DNA of 64,000 nucleotides from an uncultured Enterobacteriaceae bacterium. GTDB taxonomy: Bacteria; Pseudomonadota; Gammaproteobacteria; Burkholderiales; SG8-39. Positions 27,483-37,280 of the stretch are shown here, piece by piece. The notes beneath the pieces are model-generated. The model was not told where the DNA came from. It saw only the letters and a list, made by a program, of their open reading frames with translations, and made no database searches. The DNA is taken from NCBI GenBank assembly GCA_964400745.1, contig CAYNVY010000002.1, positions 5,195 to 69,194 on the forward strand, given 5' to 3'. Every line of letters begins with the position of its first letter. The stretch's first letter is position 1. Position numbers and translations under genes: made by a program.

Positions 27483-28763
27483 CTAATCTCTATTGGCCTG
27501 CACTTCAAACATTTTTTCATCTCGCCGACTATCTGCCAGGCATTCCGCGAACAATCGTCGATAATCATCGGCCATCGAGCCCGCTTTTTTCTCGATGCGA
27601 TCTAGCGCCAATGCCGCGCGACGAGCCCACGCGTCCGGCCTGTCTACGAAATCAGCCAGCGCTCGGGCAATTTCATCTGGCGCCCCTGGATTGATCAACG
27701 CTCCGATGTTTTCGTCGATGAACTCCGGGATTGCCCCCACGCGCGTTGCCAGCACCGGCGTGCCCACTGCCATCGCTTCCGCCAAGGTCAAGCCAAAACC
27801 TTCGAAGCTGCGCGTGACCATCGCAAGAAGATCAAGTTGCGCGATCAGGTCGGCCGCGCGTCCGGCGACATAGCCAAGAAAATGTACCCTATCCCCGATC
27901 CCCAAACCGGCCGCAAGACAATTCAGCCTTCGCAGTTCGTCTTCAGCGCCGGATCCGATCACCACCAGTCGTATGCGCGCCTGATACTGCAAAGGCATAC
28001 GTGCCAGCGCAAAGATGAGGTCTTCATGCCCTTTATATGCCTCGACGCGCCCGGCAATGCCTATCATCAATTCGCCCGGCGCGGCTTTAACGGCCGATTT
28101 GATGTCAAAAATGCCGGCATCGGTCACCTTGGCATCAAGGGTGATACGGTGATGGATGACTCGGATCCGCAATGCCTCGTCGTCTAGCCAACGGCGTGCC
28201 AGGAGGGTCGCCCGGGTGGCCCATGAAACGCACACAAGCGCCGTCGCGGTTCGGGATATCTTGCGGTCCATGAGGCACTCATACCAACCCATGAACGGGC
28301 CCGGGGCGGTAGCCGTGTGATGAACCAGCAGTAGCCGGGCGGCAATCCCGGACCGAGCGCCGGCCTCCAGCGCGCACAAGGTTCCCCGCGCCCCCGGATA
28401 ACCGCCGTTGTTTCCCAACAACAGATCAAACCGCCCCTCCATTGCGAACTGCCGCCGCAACCGGCGCACCGACAGCCAGTCCGTCAGAGGCAGCAAGAAA
28501 TGAAGCCCCCGGGACAAGCGGCGCAGCAGCGGCCGCTTTTGCCAACGGCTCTTCAATTCATTGTGCGAACAGGAGGACACGGAAACACAGCGAACGTGGG
28601 GCAGGGCCTCGAAGCGGGCTTTCAAGCGCTCATAGCCGGCGTTCCCTTTGTTCACCATTAGTACAAACCGGTCGTCCGGCGAAGACCAGGTGGAGAGCAA
28701 CTCCAGCAGATGGGTATCCACGCCACCCCAAGAGTCCTGTTCCCAATAAATCAATATGCGCAT
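27483..28763 (-). CDS. GT4 glycosyltransferase
   Basis: WGGVDT, GRVEAYKGH, EGFGLTLAEAMAVGTPV. Confidence 0.92.
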   Translation of the reverse strand: MRILIYWEQDSWGGVDTHLLELLSTWSSPDDRFVLMVNKGNAGYERLKARFEALPHVRCVSVSSCSHNELKSRWQKRPLLRRLSRGLHFLLPLTDWLSVRRLRRQFAMEGRFDLLLGNNGGYPGARGTLCALEAGARSGIAARLLLVHHTATAPGPFMGWYECLMDRKISRTATALVCVSWATRATLLARRWLDDEALRIRVIHHRITLDAKVTDAGIFDIKSAVKAAPGELMIGIAGRVEAYKGHEDLIFALARMPLQYQARIRLVVIGSGAEDELRRLNCLAAGLGIGDRVHFLGYVAGRAADLIAQLDLLAMVTRSFEGFGLTLAEAMAVGTPVLATRVGAIPEFIDENIGALINPGAPDEIARALADFVDRPDAWARRAALALDRIEKKAGSMADDYRRLFAECLADSRRDEKMFEVQANRD

Positions 28764-28766
28764 GTC

Positions 28767-29564
28767 TTACTTGCCGGAAGTTTCCGGCCGGTCACTGCGC
28801 TCGAAGAGCACGGTGCGAATCACTCCGCCGGACTCCGGCACCTCGCACAGCACGCGGCTGGCATAACCGGAAACATTGAACGGCGGTGCTGTCAGCACGA
28901 CTCCAGAGTTGAACAATGGACGGATTCCACAACCGGCCGAAATATCGACGTTGGGCGTGAAATCGGCGCCAGCGGGCAAATGCTCGGTGACAATCCAGCG
29001 GTCGAATTTGCGGCACTTTTCGACGACGATCTGGATATGCTTATTTGAAAGGTGTTGAAGCACCTGCCGAATGAAGACCACGTTACCGTCGGGCAGCGCG
29101 TCTTCGATAGCATTCAACCGCAAAAATTCCACGTTTTGAAACGCAAAATGCTGACGGTTGTATTCCTGCAGTTCGTCGACGATGTCGCACGCGTAGTAGT
29201 GCCGAACCTGATCGACAAAATGCCGACCGATGTTGAAGTCACCAGACCCCAAATCGACTACAACCGGCGCGTTCGGAAGGGACGACAGCAGGCTGCGCAC
29301 CGCCCCTACGTAAGGCCCGACAATGGCTGGATCGTGGGACCCGGTCCCTGAGTAAAAAGTACCATCGCCCTTTCCCCAATCGCTATTGCTGTAGACCTCG
29401 GCGAAAACGCGGTCTACAGGCAGATTCCGGTATTTCCGGTGCAAACGCCTTTCATCTGCGCGGATACGGGCGTCTCGCAACCACTTGGGCAAGAAACGTC
29501 GGACAACGGTCCGCAGCGACGACATGATCCTGCCGTATTGAAAACGCGGTTGGGTCGCGGTCAT
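28767..29564 (-). CDS. Class I SAM-dependent methyltransferase
   Basis: SGTGS, VVDLGSGDFN, YYACDIV, RQVLQHL. Start at the ATGA overlap. Confidence 0.85.
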   Translation of the reverse strand: MTATQPRFQYGRIMSSLRTVVRRFLPKWLRDARIRADERRLHRKYRNLPVDRVFAEVYSNSDWGKGDGTFYSGTGSHDPAIVGPYVGAVRSLLSSLPNAPVVVDLGSGDFNIGRHFVDQVRHYYACDIVDELQEYNRQHFAFQNVEFLRLNAIEDALPDGNVVFIRQVLQHLSNKHIQIVVEKCRKFDRWIVTEHLPAGADFTPNVDISAGCGIRPLFNSGVVLTAPPFNVSGYASRVLCEVPESGGVIRTVLFERSDRPETSGK

Positions 29565-30811
29565 GAAACGTATGCCCGGCCGGGCACCTTGAGCCATTTG
29601 CCTGAAAACGGGACGCCGCGCAAAGTCCGTGCGAAATAGCGGTAGCACAGGCGAATGCGGCGCCAGTAAAAGACCGGTGCAAGCCCCAGTTCCAGACGCA
29701 TGGAATTGCGCCCGTGACGCAATATCGACCAAACGTAACTGGGCGATATGAAACGGCGCTCATACTTGAACGGGAACAGGATCAGAATGGCCACCAGCAT
29801 GGAATCCAGTGTCCCGATTTCCCGGACCGGATAGTGGTACCGGGCCAAACGGTCATGCATGATGTAATTCAATACGTACTGCTCCATGCGCCCAAGGCGC
29901 TTGCGCCAATTGTTTTCCGTGCGCTTTTCGGACCAGCCCGTCGCACTGAAAGATTTGTTTGAAATGCGATCCCCGTGCCAATCCAGTCCGGCCCAGGTGG
30001 AACGCAGCATAGAATCCCTGTAGTCCACTCCCAACCAGGCGGCGAACTCGCGCATCGTATCCTCGCGCGGCAGGTCTTCCAGCCGGGTGGCAATGTAGTC
30101 GAGCCCGAGTTCCTCCGCGAGCGCGGAATCCTCGAGCGCCATCTTGAGACAGTTGTACAGATGGTGCTGATTATCGTGGGTCCGGTAATAATTTCTGAAA
30201 TGCTCTACGTGGGAGCAGAAATTTGCCCTCGGATCGCGCGAGGAGAACACGACGCGCGTCGACGGGAAATCCCGATGGAAAAGCCGGAATTCGTAATCAA
30301 GATGCGGATGATGAAAGATAAGGCGGGCCTCACCGATGTCCTGCCCCAGGCACAAACCGTAGGCGCCATAGATCGACAGAAGGAAATCGCGGGAATTCAG
30401 GGAACAATCCTGCATCAATCCAAGCAGGTGCCGCTTGAACTCCGCCGTATCAATACTGAACGATTCGTCGGAATTCTCGCCCAAGCTGCCCTTCGCCTCC
30501 TGGATATCGTAGCGGGAGACTAGCTTGTAAAGATACTGCCCGATGAACTCGTCGGCCGCGTCCTGTGTGCGCCCCTCCTCAACGGTGAAGGACAATGCCC
30601 GGGTGAAAAACTCGGAATAGACCGCAAAATGACCGTTGAAGGTCAATATCTGCGGGTGGGAATCCAGCAGGCTTTGAAGGAAATCGGATCCGGTGCGTCC
30701 GGTGGTGACAAGCGCCACCATCGGCAGCGTCCGCAGGCGCGCCATCCACCACTGGTACTGCGACTCCGATGCGACAGCCTGTCGAGGCCCATCCCCGCGC
30801 GCCAGGCTCAC
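29561..30811 (-). CDS. Sulfotransferase-family protein
   Basis: 5'-PSB-like TTGRTGSDFLQSLLDSHPQI, 3'-PB-like SRDPRANFCS, RLEDL. Lies near cysC. Confidence 0.75.
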   Translation of the reverse strand: MSLARGDGPRQAVASESQYQWWMARLRTLPMVALVTTGRTGSDFLQSLLDSHPQILTFNGHFAVYSEFFTRALSFTVEEGRTQDAADEFIGQYLYKLVSRYDIQEAKGSLGENSDESFSIDTAEFKRHLLGLMQDCSLNSRDFLLSIYGAYGLCLGQDIGEARLIFHHPHLDYEFRLFHRDFPSTRVVFSSRDPRANFCSHVEHFRNYYRTHDNQHHLYNCLKMALEDSALAEELGLDYIATRLEDLPREDTMREFAAWLGVDYRDSMLRSTWAGLDWHGDRISNKSFSATGWSEKRTENNWRKRLGRMEQYVLNYIMHDRLARYHYPVREIGTLDSMLVAILILFPFKYERRFISPSYVWSILRHGRNSMRLELGLAPVFYWRRIRLCYRYFARTLRGVPFSGKWLKVPGRAYVS

Positions 30812-30814
30812 GTT

Positions 30815-31465
30815 TCAGACGGCCCGAGGTTGGATGACCGCCCTGAGCAATACCGGATCCTGGTCGCCGAAGGGCGCAAAACCCGGCGCAACCTCAAAAT
30901 AGCGGACGGCAAATCGGGATGCCATATCCGCCAGAAACGTATCTGGATCGATAAATCGACGGTAGTGGTCGGTCTGGAATTCGTGCAAGCCAATGTTTTC
31001 ACCCTCGCCGTACAGGGTGTCGTAGATTGTCCGCGCTTCCAGCAGCAGTACCCAGGGAGCCGTGGTGATCCGTGCGATGTTGGCCAGCACGCGAGCGGAC
31101 TCTTCGTAGTTGATCGCATGGAGCGAGAACCGGCTGTAGATGACCAATCGCTCCGCGCCCCTGCCCACCTCGTTGAAATCCAGTGTCGTGAAGTCGCCCT
31201 GGCGCACTTCGATCTTGCCGGCGGCCGCGGATGCCAAAGCCGCGGCTGACTCCTGAAAGGCGCCGACGGCGACGGGGCAAGCGTCCAGACCGATGTACCG
31301 GGACGCAAACTGGCTCAACACGAATCCGTCGCGGCCGTTGCCGCAGCCGAGTTCCACCACCACGTCGCCGGTGCGCATGTGCCTTTCGAGGCAATGGCGC
31401 GCGAACCCCGAAGGCTCGCTGATCTTGAAAGTTTGATAGTGCTTGTTCCAGAATGCGTCCCGCAT
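30815..31465 (-). CDS. Class I SAM-dependent methyltransferase
   Basis: FWNKHY, PSGFA, VELGCGNGRD, YSRFSLHAI. AAGGGA RBS before the ATG at 31465; alternative start 31558. Confidence 0.85.
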   Translation of the reverse strand: MRDAFWNKHYQTFKISEPSGFARHCLERHMRTGDVVVELGCGNGRDGFVLSQFASRYIGLDACPVAVGAFQESAAALASAAAGKIEVRQGDFTTLDFNEVGRGAERLVIYSRFSLHAINYEESARVLANIARITTAPWVLLLEARTIYDTLYGEGENIGLHEFQTDHYRRFIDPDTFLADMASRFAVRYFEVAPGFAPFGDQDPVLLRAVIQPRAV

Positions 31466-31529
31466 GACGTCCCTTGTTGTTGATTGATAGTCAGATTTGG
31501 AGTGTTGCCCGAATTCAATGCGGCCTGGA

Positions 31530-32057
31530 TCAAACCGCGATCGGATGGGCTTTTTCAAAAGCAGCCATGAGGCGCGTCAGTTCCGCCTCCGGCGAAAGAC
31601 CGCGCGCGTAGTCTATCAGTATATCCGGGGACGTTGGTTCATCCACGGGGAAGTCCAATCCGGCTACGTTGTGCAACTCGCCGGCATCGAAGCGACGATA
31701 GATTCCCTTGGGATCGCGGCGGCGCAATTCTTCGATCGGAACCTTGAGGTACACCTCGAAGTAGCCCGGCTGGTGCTCGCGGTTCCATGCATGGATTTCC
31801 TTGAACAAGGCGACGGCGCCCATTACGACGGTGACACCTTGCACCGCGATCATCCGCGCAAGGCGCGCATACTTGAAAGCGAGGATCAAACGTTCCTCGC
31901 GTCTGTGCTCGGCGGTGATGGCAAGCGCCTCGCGCAATTCGTCGCCATCCAGCATGACCACGGATCGTCCCGCAGCGCGCAGATGGTCGGTCAGCAGTTT
32001 CGCAAGAGTTGTCTTGCCCGCAGCGGACAAGCCGGTAATCCAGAATACGTTTGACAT
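31530..32057 (-). CDS. cysC: Adenylyl-sulfate kinase
   Basis: WITGLSAAGKTT P-loop, LDGDELR, RDPKGIY, NVAGLD. Confidence 0.9.
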   Translation of the reverse strand: MSNVFWITGLSAAGKTTLAKLLTDHLRAAGRSVVMLDGDELREALAITAEHRREERLILAFKYARLARMIAVQGVTVVMGAVALFKEIHAWNREHQPGYFEVYLKVPIEELRRRDPKGIYRRFDAGELHNVAGLDFPVDEPTSPDILIDYARGLSPEAELTRLMAAFEKAHPIAV

Positions 32058-32164
32058 GAGTTTTCAGTTCCAAAACGACCCGCAGAAATCGGCAATGTAA
32101 CGGCCGGCAAGTCAATAGCACGAAAGGCGAGGCCGGCAACGCTCTGCTTCGCCTGGTCGCAGGT

Positions 32165-33955
32165 TCAGGAAAAAGTCAACGCCTTGAGAAGCGTACGAAA
32201 AGGGTCATCCGAGGCGCGCGCATAGCGCGCACAAAAAGCCGTTCGCGCCGCTTGCACCTCCTTGCGCGACCACCAGGCTCCAACATCGTCCCAGATGTCA
32301 TTCACGTGCCGGGCCGCCGCCTCCGGGTTGCCGAAGAAGATGCCGGCCTCGGCGAGCATTTGGTACAACGGTATGGCATCGTCCCGCAATTCCCAATTGT
32401 CTGGGTTCCAGAAAACGACTGTAGGAATATTTTCAGTCAGAGTCTCCAGAAAGACGGTGCTATTGTAAGTGGCCACGACCAGCCTGCTGCGCGCGATTCT
32501 ATGCTCGATAGGTGCAACGCTAGGGTCAATTTCCACGCGCGGGAACGCCGCGCGCCATTGAGGAATGAACGCCGAGCGCAGCTTGTCGTCAGTCCGCTTG
32601 TGGATCCGCAACACCAGCTTCTCCCTGGCCGATTCGTCTAGCGCCCTGGCAAAGCGCAATTGATCCTGCAAAAAAGCCTGCGACTGGTTGGCCGCGGTGG
32701 CCCAACTGTTGCACTTGAAACTCACCATTCTGATGGAAACGGTCACCAGCAGCATGCCTCCATCCGGCTTCCATATCCGTTTCCTGCTTCCCGGGCTTTT
32801 CAATGCGAACAGAGGATAGGTGCTCGGCCGCGAATCCTGCCAACCCCAGGTCAGAAAGCGGTCGGCAACCGCGACCTGATGATCTTCACCCGCGACTACC
32901 CGGCCTGCGCCATAAAAGCCACCGTGCTGCCCGATGACCAGCGGCACGCCGTCCTCGGTTCGCGCCGCCGCCCAGCACTGAAATACTTCGTCGAACTGGA
33001 ACGAGTTCGAGGTAAAGATCACTTTGGGCCGGGAAGGCCAGGGCAATCTCTTTACCGCCTTCAGCAGCGCTGGATAACCCTCCAGATACACCGTTGGAAT
33101 CTGGCGCGTCACCATCTTCGCCACGAATCGCCGGAATTCGTCGCCTGAATCTGCCCTTGGCGGCAATCGTAATGCTCTTCTCGACTCCAGGTCAGGCGGA
33201 ACCTGCGGCGGTGGCGGCGATCGCCAGGATTTTGGAATTCCTCCCAACGCAAGCTGCAGGCGAGCTTCCATGAGCTTCGGCAAATAGGAGGCAATGAAGA
33301 ACGCCTCGTCGGGTCGCACCATCTGTTCCAGCAAGGAGCGGACACCACGGCGCAGCAATTGCCCGAAACCCCGCTTTGGATCGGCAGTAGCGCTGTCCTG
33401 CATTAGTCCGCGCCGCTCGCCCGGTATTTCATCCCACGGAACGCGACCCTGTTCGCGAATGGCGCAGGCATACAAGAAATGGTTCCATCGCAAATCGTCC
33501 GGACTCATGCCGCGCAGATCCCGCGGTATCAGCTCGTCCTCGGGGTCGGCAAGCAGGAGCGTCCCCGCTACGTCATTCCTCTCGGCCGCAAGCGCGACCA
33601 TGGTCCACCGGTCGAACAGCACATGGATAAACAAATAGAGCCAAGGTCCCACAAGAATTCGCCAGTAGCGCACATCATGATCGGTGCCGTGGCGGGAGTT
33701 GAGCATCTGCGCAAGTCCGGTCAGAGCCTCCTCGTAGCATGACTGTAGATACAGATAGTCGGCATGGAGCTTTTCACGGTCGTCCCAGTGATAGGGCATC
33801 ACCTCCGCATCGAGCGTCTCCCACGCCGACCGCTCATCGGGCAGGCGGCACCAGTTTCCAAGAAAAAGCAGCGGCTCGTCTGCGCGCCAGGAGCGTTGCT
33901 CGGAGGTGGTGACAAGTAGACGCTTGCTTACGGTCGCGCCTCTTGCTATCTGCAT
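32165..33955 (-). CDS. Putative transferase, LIC12162-like family (candidate nonulosonic acid transferase)
   Basis: LVTT...LFLGNWC, PYHWDDR, YWRILVGPW, GQHGG, TWGW, TYNSTVFLE. Family recalled from nonulosonate loci, not searched. Confidence 0.7.
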   Translation of the reverse strand: MQIARGATVSKRLLVTTSEQRSWRADEPLLFLGNWCRLPDERSAWETLDAEVMPYHWDDREKLHADYLYLQSCYEEALTGLAQMLNSRHGTDHDVRYWRILVGPWLYLFIHVLFDRWTMVALAAERNDVAGTLLLADPEDELIPRDLRGMSPDDLRWNHFLYACAIREQGRVPWDEIPGERRGLMQDSATADPKRGFGQLLRRGVRSLLEQMVRPDEAFFIASYLPKLMEARLQLALGGIPKSWRSPPPPQVPPDLESRRALRLPPRADSGDEFRRFVAKMVTRQIPTVYLEGYPALLKAVKRLPWPSRPKVIFTSNSFQFDEVFQCWAAARTEDGVPLVIGQHGGFYGAGRVVAGEDHQVAVADRFLTWGWQDSRPSTYPLFALKSPGSRKRIWKPDGGMLLVTVSIRMVSFKCNSWATAANQSQAFLQDQLRFARALDESAREKLVLRIHKRTDDKLRSAFIPQWRAAFPRVEIDPSVAPIEHRIARSRLVVATYNSTVFLETLTENIPTVVFWNPDNWELRDDAIPLYQMLAEAGIFFGNPEAAARHVNDIWDDVGAWWSRKEVQAARTAFCARYARASDDPFRTLLKALTFS

Positions 33956-33965
33956 GTCATGCGAA

Positions 33966-35123
33966 TCAGGAACGCTGCATGAGTTTGGTCTTGAGTCCAA
34001 GCAACTCTTCGTCGCTCAATATGGCCGAATGGATCAGGTGCGCCTTCACCAGCGTGAACAGCAGGCTCAGATCATCGTCCGAAAGGATAAGATCGAGCTC
34101 CGCGAGCCGCATCGCCAGACCCTTGCGGCCGGAATGACGGGTTATGGGAAAACGCCGCGCGGGCGCGCCAACCAACTCCGGCCGGATGATCTCGTACATG
34201 CTGGAAGCCTTGAACATTCCGTCCTGGTGAAGTCCGGCGCCATGCGCAAACGCGTTGCCGCCTACGATAGCCTTGTTGGGTGGAAGCGGGAAGCCCGTCA
34301 CCTCGGACACCAGCATGCTGGTAGCGTAAAGGCGGGTGGTGTCCAAGCGATTGCGGAATGGAAACCGGTCCGGGCGGGACACCATGGCCATGACCACTTC
34401 CTCCAGCGCGGCGTTGCCGGCCCGCTCGCCCAAGCCATTGATGGTGCAGTGCGCTTGACGTGCACCGGCCTCGAGTCCGGTAAGAGTATTGATGGTCGCC
34501 AAACCGAGGTCGTCATGGCAATGAATCCCGAGCACGACGCCGGCCAATTCCGGTACCTCACGCTGCAGTGTTTCAAGGTAGTGGCGAATGTCGGCCGGAG
34601 TGGCGTACCCGACCGTATCGGCCACCGTGACTGCGCATGCGCCGGCCTCGATAGCGAGACGGATCACTTCGCATAAAAAAGGCAGATCCGCCCTGGATGC
34701 GTCCTCCGTGATCACTTCGACTTCTGCGCACAGGTTTCGGGCTTCAATCACGCTCGAAGCGAGCATGGCCAGAGCCTGGTCGGAGTCCATCTCGAGCTTA
34801 TAGCGTACATGCAGGTCGCTTACCGGCATTACCAAAGTCATGCGCGGATGTTCAGCCGATCGCAACGCCACCCCCGCCGCAGCGATGTCGTCCGATTTGG
34901 TCCGGGCAAAGGCCGCGACCCTTACGCCTCGACACTCGCGGGCGATGTCCGCCGACGCGCGCGCATCGTCCGGCGAAGCCGCGGGAAAGCCGGCCTCGAT
35001 AGTATCAACGCCGAGTTCCTGCAAAGCCTTGGCGATCACCAGCTTCTGCTGCGGGAGCATGGCCGCTCCGGGCGCTTGCTCGCCATCGCGCAGCGTGGTG
35101 TCGTATATTTGGATATCGATCAT
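33966..35123 (-). CDS. 2-isopropylmalate/homocitrate/citramalate synthase-like enzyme (DRE-TIM), short form without regulatory domain
   Basis: YDTTLRDGEQ, EAGFP, HCHDDLG, GLGERAGNA, HQDG. 385 aa; start at the ATGA overlap. Confidence 0.9.
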   Translation of the reverse strand: MIDIQIYDTTLRDGEQAPGAAMLPQQKLVIAKALQELGVDTIEAGFPAASPDDARASADIARECRGVRVAAFARTKSDDIAAAGVALRSAEHPRMTLVMPVSDLHVRYKLEMDSDQALAMLASSVIEARNLCAEVEVITEDASRADLPFLCEVIRLAIEAGACAVTVADTVGYATPADIRHYLETLQREVPELAGVVLGIHCHDDLGLATINTLTGLEAGARQAHCTINGLGERAGNAALEEVVMAMVSRPDRFPFRNRLDTTRLYATSMLVSEVTGFPLPPNKAIVGGNAFAHGAGLHQDGMFKASSMYEIIRPELVGAPARRFPITRHSGRKGLAMRLAELDLILSDDDLSLLFTLVKAHLIHSAILSDEELLGLKTKLMQRS

Positions 35124-36175
35124 GGCAGCTCCGGGTTCCGCACCATGACAATCGCGCGGGGGACCATGCCCACTTCGATGTCCCGTTGCGGCGCCTGCAG
35201 TGGATAGACCTGCCCCAATGTTTCGGCAATCGCCGCTGCCACGACCGGAAAGCCGGCCGCATGCGCCGCAACCACGCTGCCGCTGGGGCGCGGATTCACC
35301 TCGAGTATGCAGGGGCGGCCCTGACCGTCCGTCATCAAATCGATATCGTGGAGCCCATCCAGCCCAATAGCCTCCGCGATGTCCAGGCAATATTTCATGA
35401 TCGCCGGGTCCGACATGATGCGATTGCCCGTAAATGGAATGCCCGTGGGATTGGTGCGCCGGCGTACCAGAGCCGCCTTCGCGCGGCCGCGTATGGCGAA
35501 CACGTCGACGTCGTGCACTGGCGCGTGCAGCAGGGGCATCACCATCAGTACCCCGTCGGCGAACCATGTTTGCATTTCTTCGGCGTCGGGAGTGTCTTCA
35601 ACACGCTTTTCCCGAGCGCCGCCGCCAATCCATGCCGCCGGGACTTCGCCCGTGCCCACCAAAAGGCGCATGCCGCGGCCACCGCGCCCCGCCACCGGCT
35701 TCACGATGACGCTGTGGCGGGGGTAGCCGTATCCGGCCATGGAGGTCTGAAGCTCGTCCAGGCTATCGACGCAGACATGCTCCGGAACCCGCAATCCCGC
35801 CGACTGAAGCGCGCGATAGGTTGCCTGTTTGTCGCGAATCATATCGAGCACTGCGATCGGGCTGGCCAGCACAATAGCGCCGGCAGCAGAAATTGCCGCC
35901 CGATCGGCGGAGAGGCGAAAAGCTTCCTCGTCGGAACTCGGCAGCACAAGATCGATCTTCTCATGCGCAACGATGCGCGCGACCTCATCTACATAGGCAG
36001 GATCCCCGCCCCATGGAACCTGATAGAAGGCATCCACATAGCCACGACCTGCTGCATTGCCGGACGCGTCCACGCCCACAAGGTACGGCCGAAGTATCGG
36101 ATCGCTACGCAGATGAGTAAGCAGGTCCGGCACCATTGTGCCTCCGACGCAGGTGAAAAGTATCCGAGCGTTCAT
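35120..36175 (-). CDS. ATP-grasp ligase (PylC/CarB-like)
   Basis: LPSSDEE, RDKQAT, IVKPVAGRGGRG, LEVNPRPSG. Confidence 0.88.
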   Translation of the reverse strand: MNARILFTCVGGTMVPDLLTHLRSDPILRPYLVGVDASGNAAGRGYVDAFYQVPWGGDPAYVDEVARIVAHEKIDLVLPSSDEEAFRLSADRAAISAAGAIVLASPIAVLDMIRDKQATYRALQSAGLRVPEHVCVDSLDELQTSMAGYGYPRHSVIVKPVAGRGGRGMRLLVGTGEVPAAWIGGGAREKRVEDTPDAEEMQTWFADGVLMVMPLLHAPVHDVDVFAIRGRAKAALVRRRTNPTGIPFTGNRIMSDPAIMKYCLDIAEAIGLDGLHDIDLMTDGQGRPCILEVNPRPSGSVVAAHAAGFPVVAAAIAETLGQVYPLQAPQRDIEVGMVPRAIVMVRNPELP

Positions 36176-37236
36176 GTCATGCCTGCAACGTGGTCCGCAC
36201 GAATAGGCTGGTCGCGGGAGATTGCTTTCAAGGCAGTGTTGCCAAGTACTGCCCCGTATGAAGAAGGCGGGAGACCGAGTTCACCCGGCAGCGGGCGCTT
36301 GAGAGCCACGTTCCCCTCAGAAAACGCCTCTCCTGCCGCAATGTCGCAACGCGCGATGAGACAGCGGTGCCGCTGATCACGCACCGCCTCTTCCGCAGGC
36401 GCCGGCGCGATGCGCCCGTCGCCGAGCATAACCTGCAGGCGTCGTATCTTTCCCACCATGCTCGCAAAATCGGCTGGCTCCATGGAGATGTGGTGATCCG
36501 CACCGGCAAGACTCTTGTCCAGCGTGAAGTGCTTTTCGATGACCGTCGCGCCCAATGCCACTGCTGAGAGGCAGGCGAGATCGTCCAGCGTGTGGTCCGA
36601 GTAGCCGACTGCCACGCCGAACCGGCAACCCAGCGCGGACATGCCGGCAAGATTGACCGTATCGTCGGGCGCCGGGTAAAGCGCAGTGCACTTGAGGACC
36701 GCCAGGCCCGGGGATCCGTTGCAGCGCGCGGTGTCGATCGCCGCCGCGATCTCTTCTTCATACGCCAGACCGGTGGAAATAATCAGCGGCAATCCCTTTC
36801 GCGCCGCGGCAGCGACAAGCGGCAGGTTGGTCATCAAGCCGGAGGACACCTTCACCGCGGGCATCCCCAGGCGGCTCATGCGGTCCAGGCTGACAAAGTC
36901 TCCAGGAGTAGAAAACAGGATAATGTCCAGACGCTTGGCCAAGTCCATCATATCGTGCATGGCGGCGTCATCGAGAGACTTGTCGCGAAATTCGGCATGA
37001 GACACGGTCCCCGCCACGTAGCTTTCCTCAGCGTCCACGGTCTGCAGCTTGACCGCATCGGCTCCGGCCGCGGCGGCAGCTTCTATCATGCGTGCGCACA
37101 GGGCGGCGTCGCCGTGATGATTGACTCCCACCTCGGCGATCACGAATACGGGATGTCCGGGACCGATGCGGCGGTTGCCAATGCCAAAGCTGAGGTTTCC
37201 TGCCGATTTCAGCATATTCTGCGGATCTTCGTTCAT
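36172..37236 (-). CDS. NeuB-family nonulosonic acid synthase (PseI/LegI-like) with SAF domain
   Basis: IAEVGVNHHG, ADAVKLQ, STPGD, GYSDHT, IEKHFTLD, DHHISMEP. Confidence 0.92.
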   Translation of the reverse strand: MNEDPQNMLKSAGNLSFGIGNRRIGPGHPVFVIAEVGVNHHGDAALCARMIEAAAAAGADAVKLQTVDAEESYVAGTVSHAEFRDKSLDDAAMHDMMDLAKRLDIILFSTPGDFVSLDRMSRLGMPAVKVSSGLMTNLPLVAAAARKGLPLIISTGLAYEEEIAAAIDTARCNGSPGLAVLKCTALYPAPDDTVNLAGMSALGCRFGVAVGYSDHTLDDLACLSAVALGATVIEKHFTLDKSLAGADHHISMEPADFASMVGKIRRLQVMLGDGRIAPAPAEEAVRDQRHRCLIARCDIAAGEAFSEGNVALKRPLPGELGLPPSSYGAVLGNTALKAISRDQPIRADHVAGMT

Positions 37237-37280
37237 CTAAGCCCTTATATATTGGATACTATCGGTGCATCTCTCATCGT

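Noticed and set aside
35124..35567. 148-aa N-terminal extension of the isopropylmalate-synthase-like ORF, and similar extensions on gmhA, the ABC flippase and the formyltransferase
   Set aside because: They overlap upstream genes in another frame and look like random Arg-rich sequence; better starts exist downstream, several at ATGA/GTGA overlaps.
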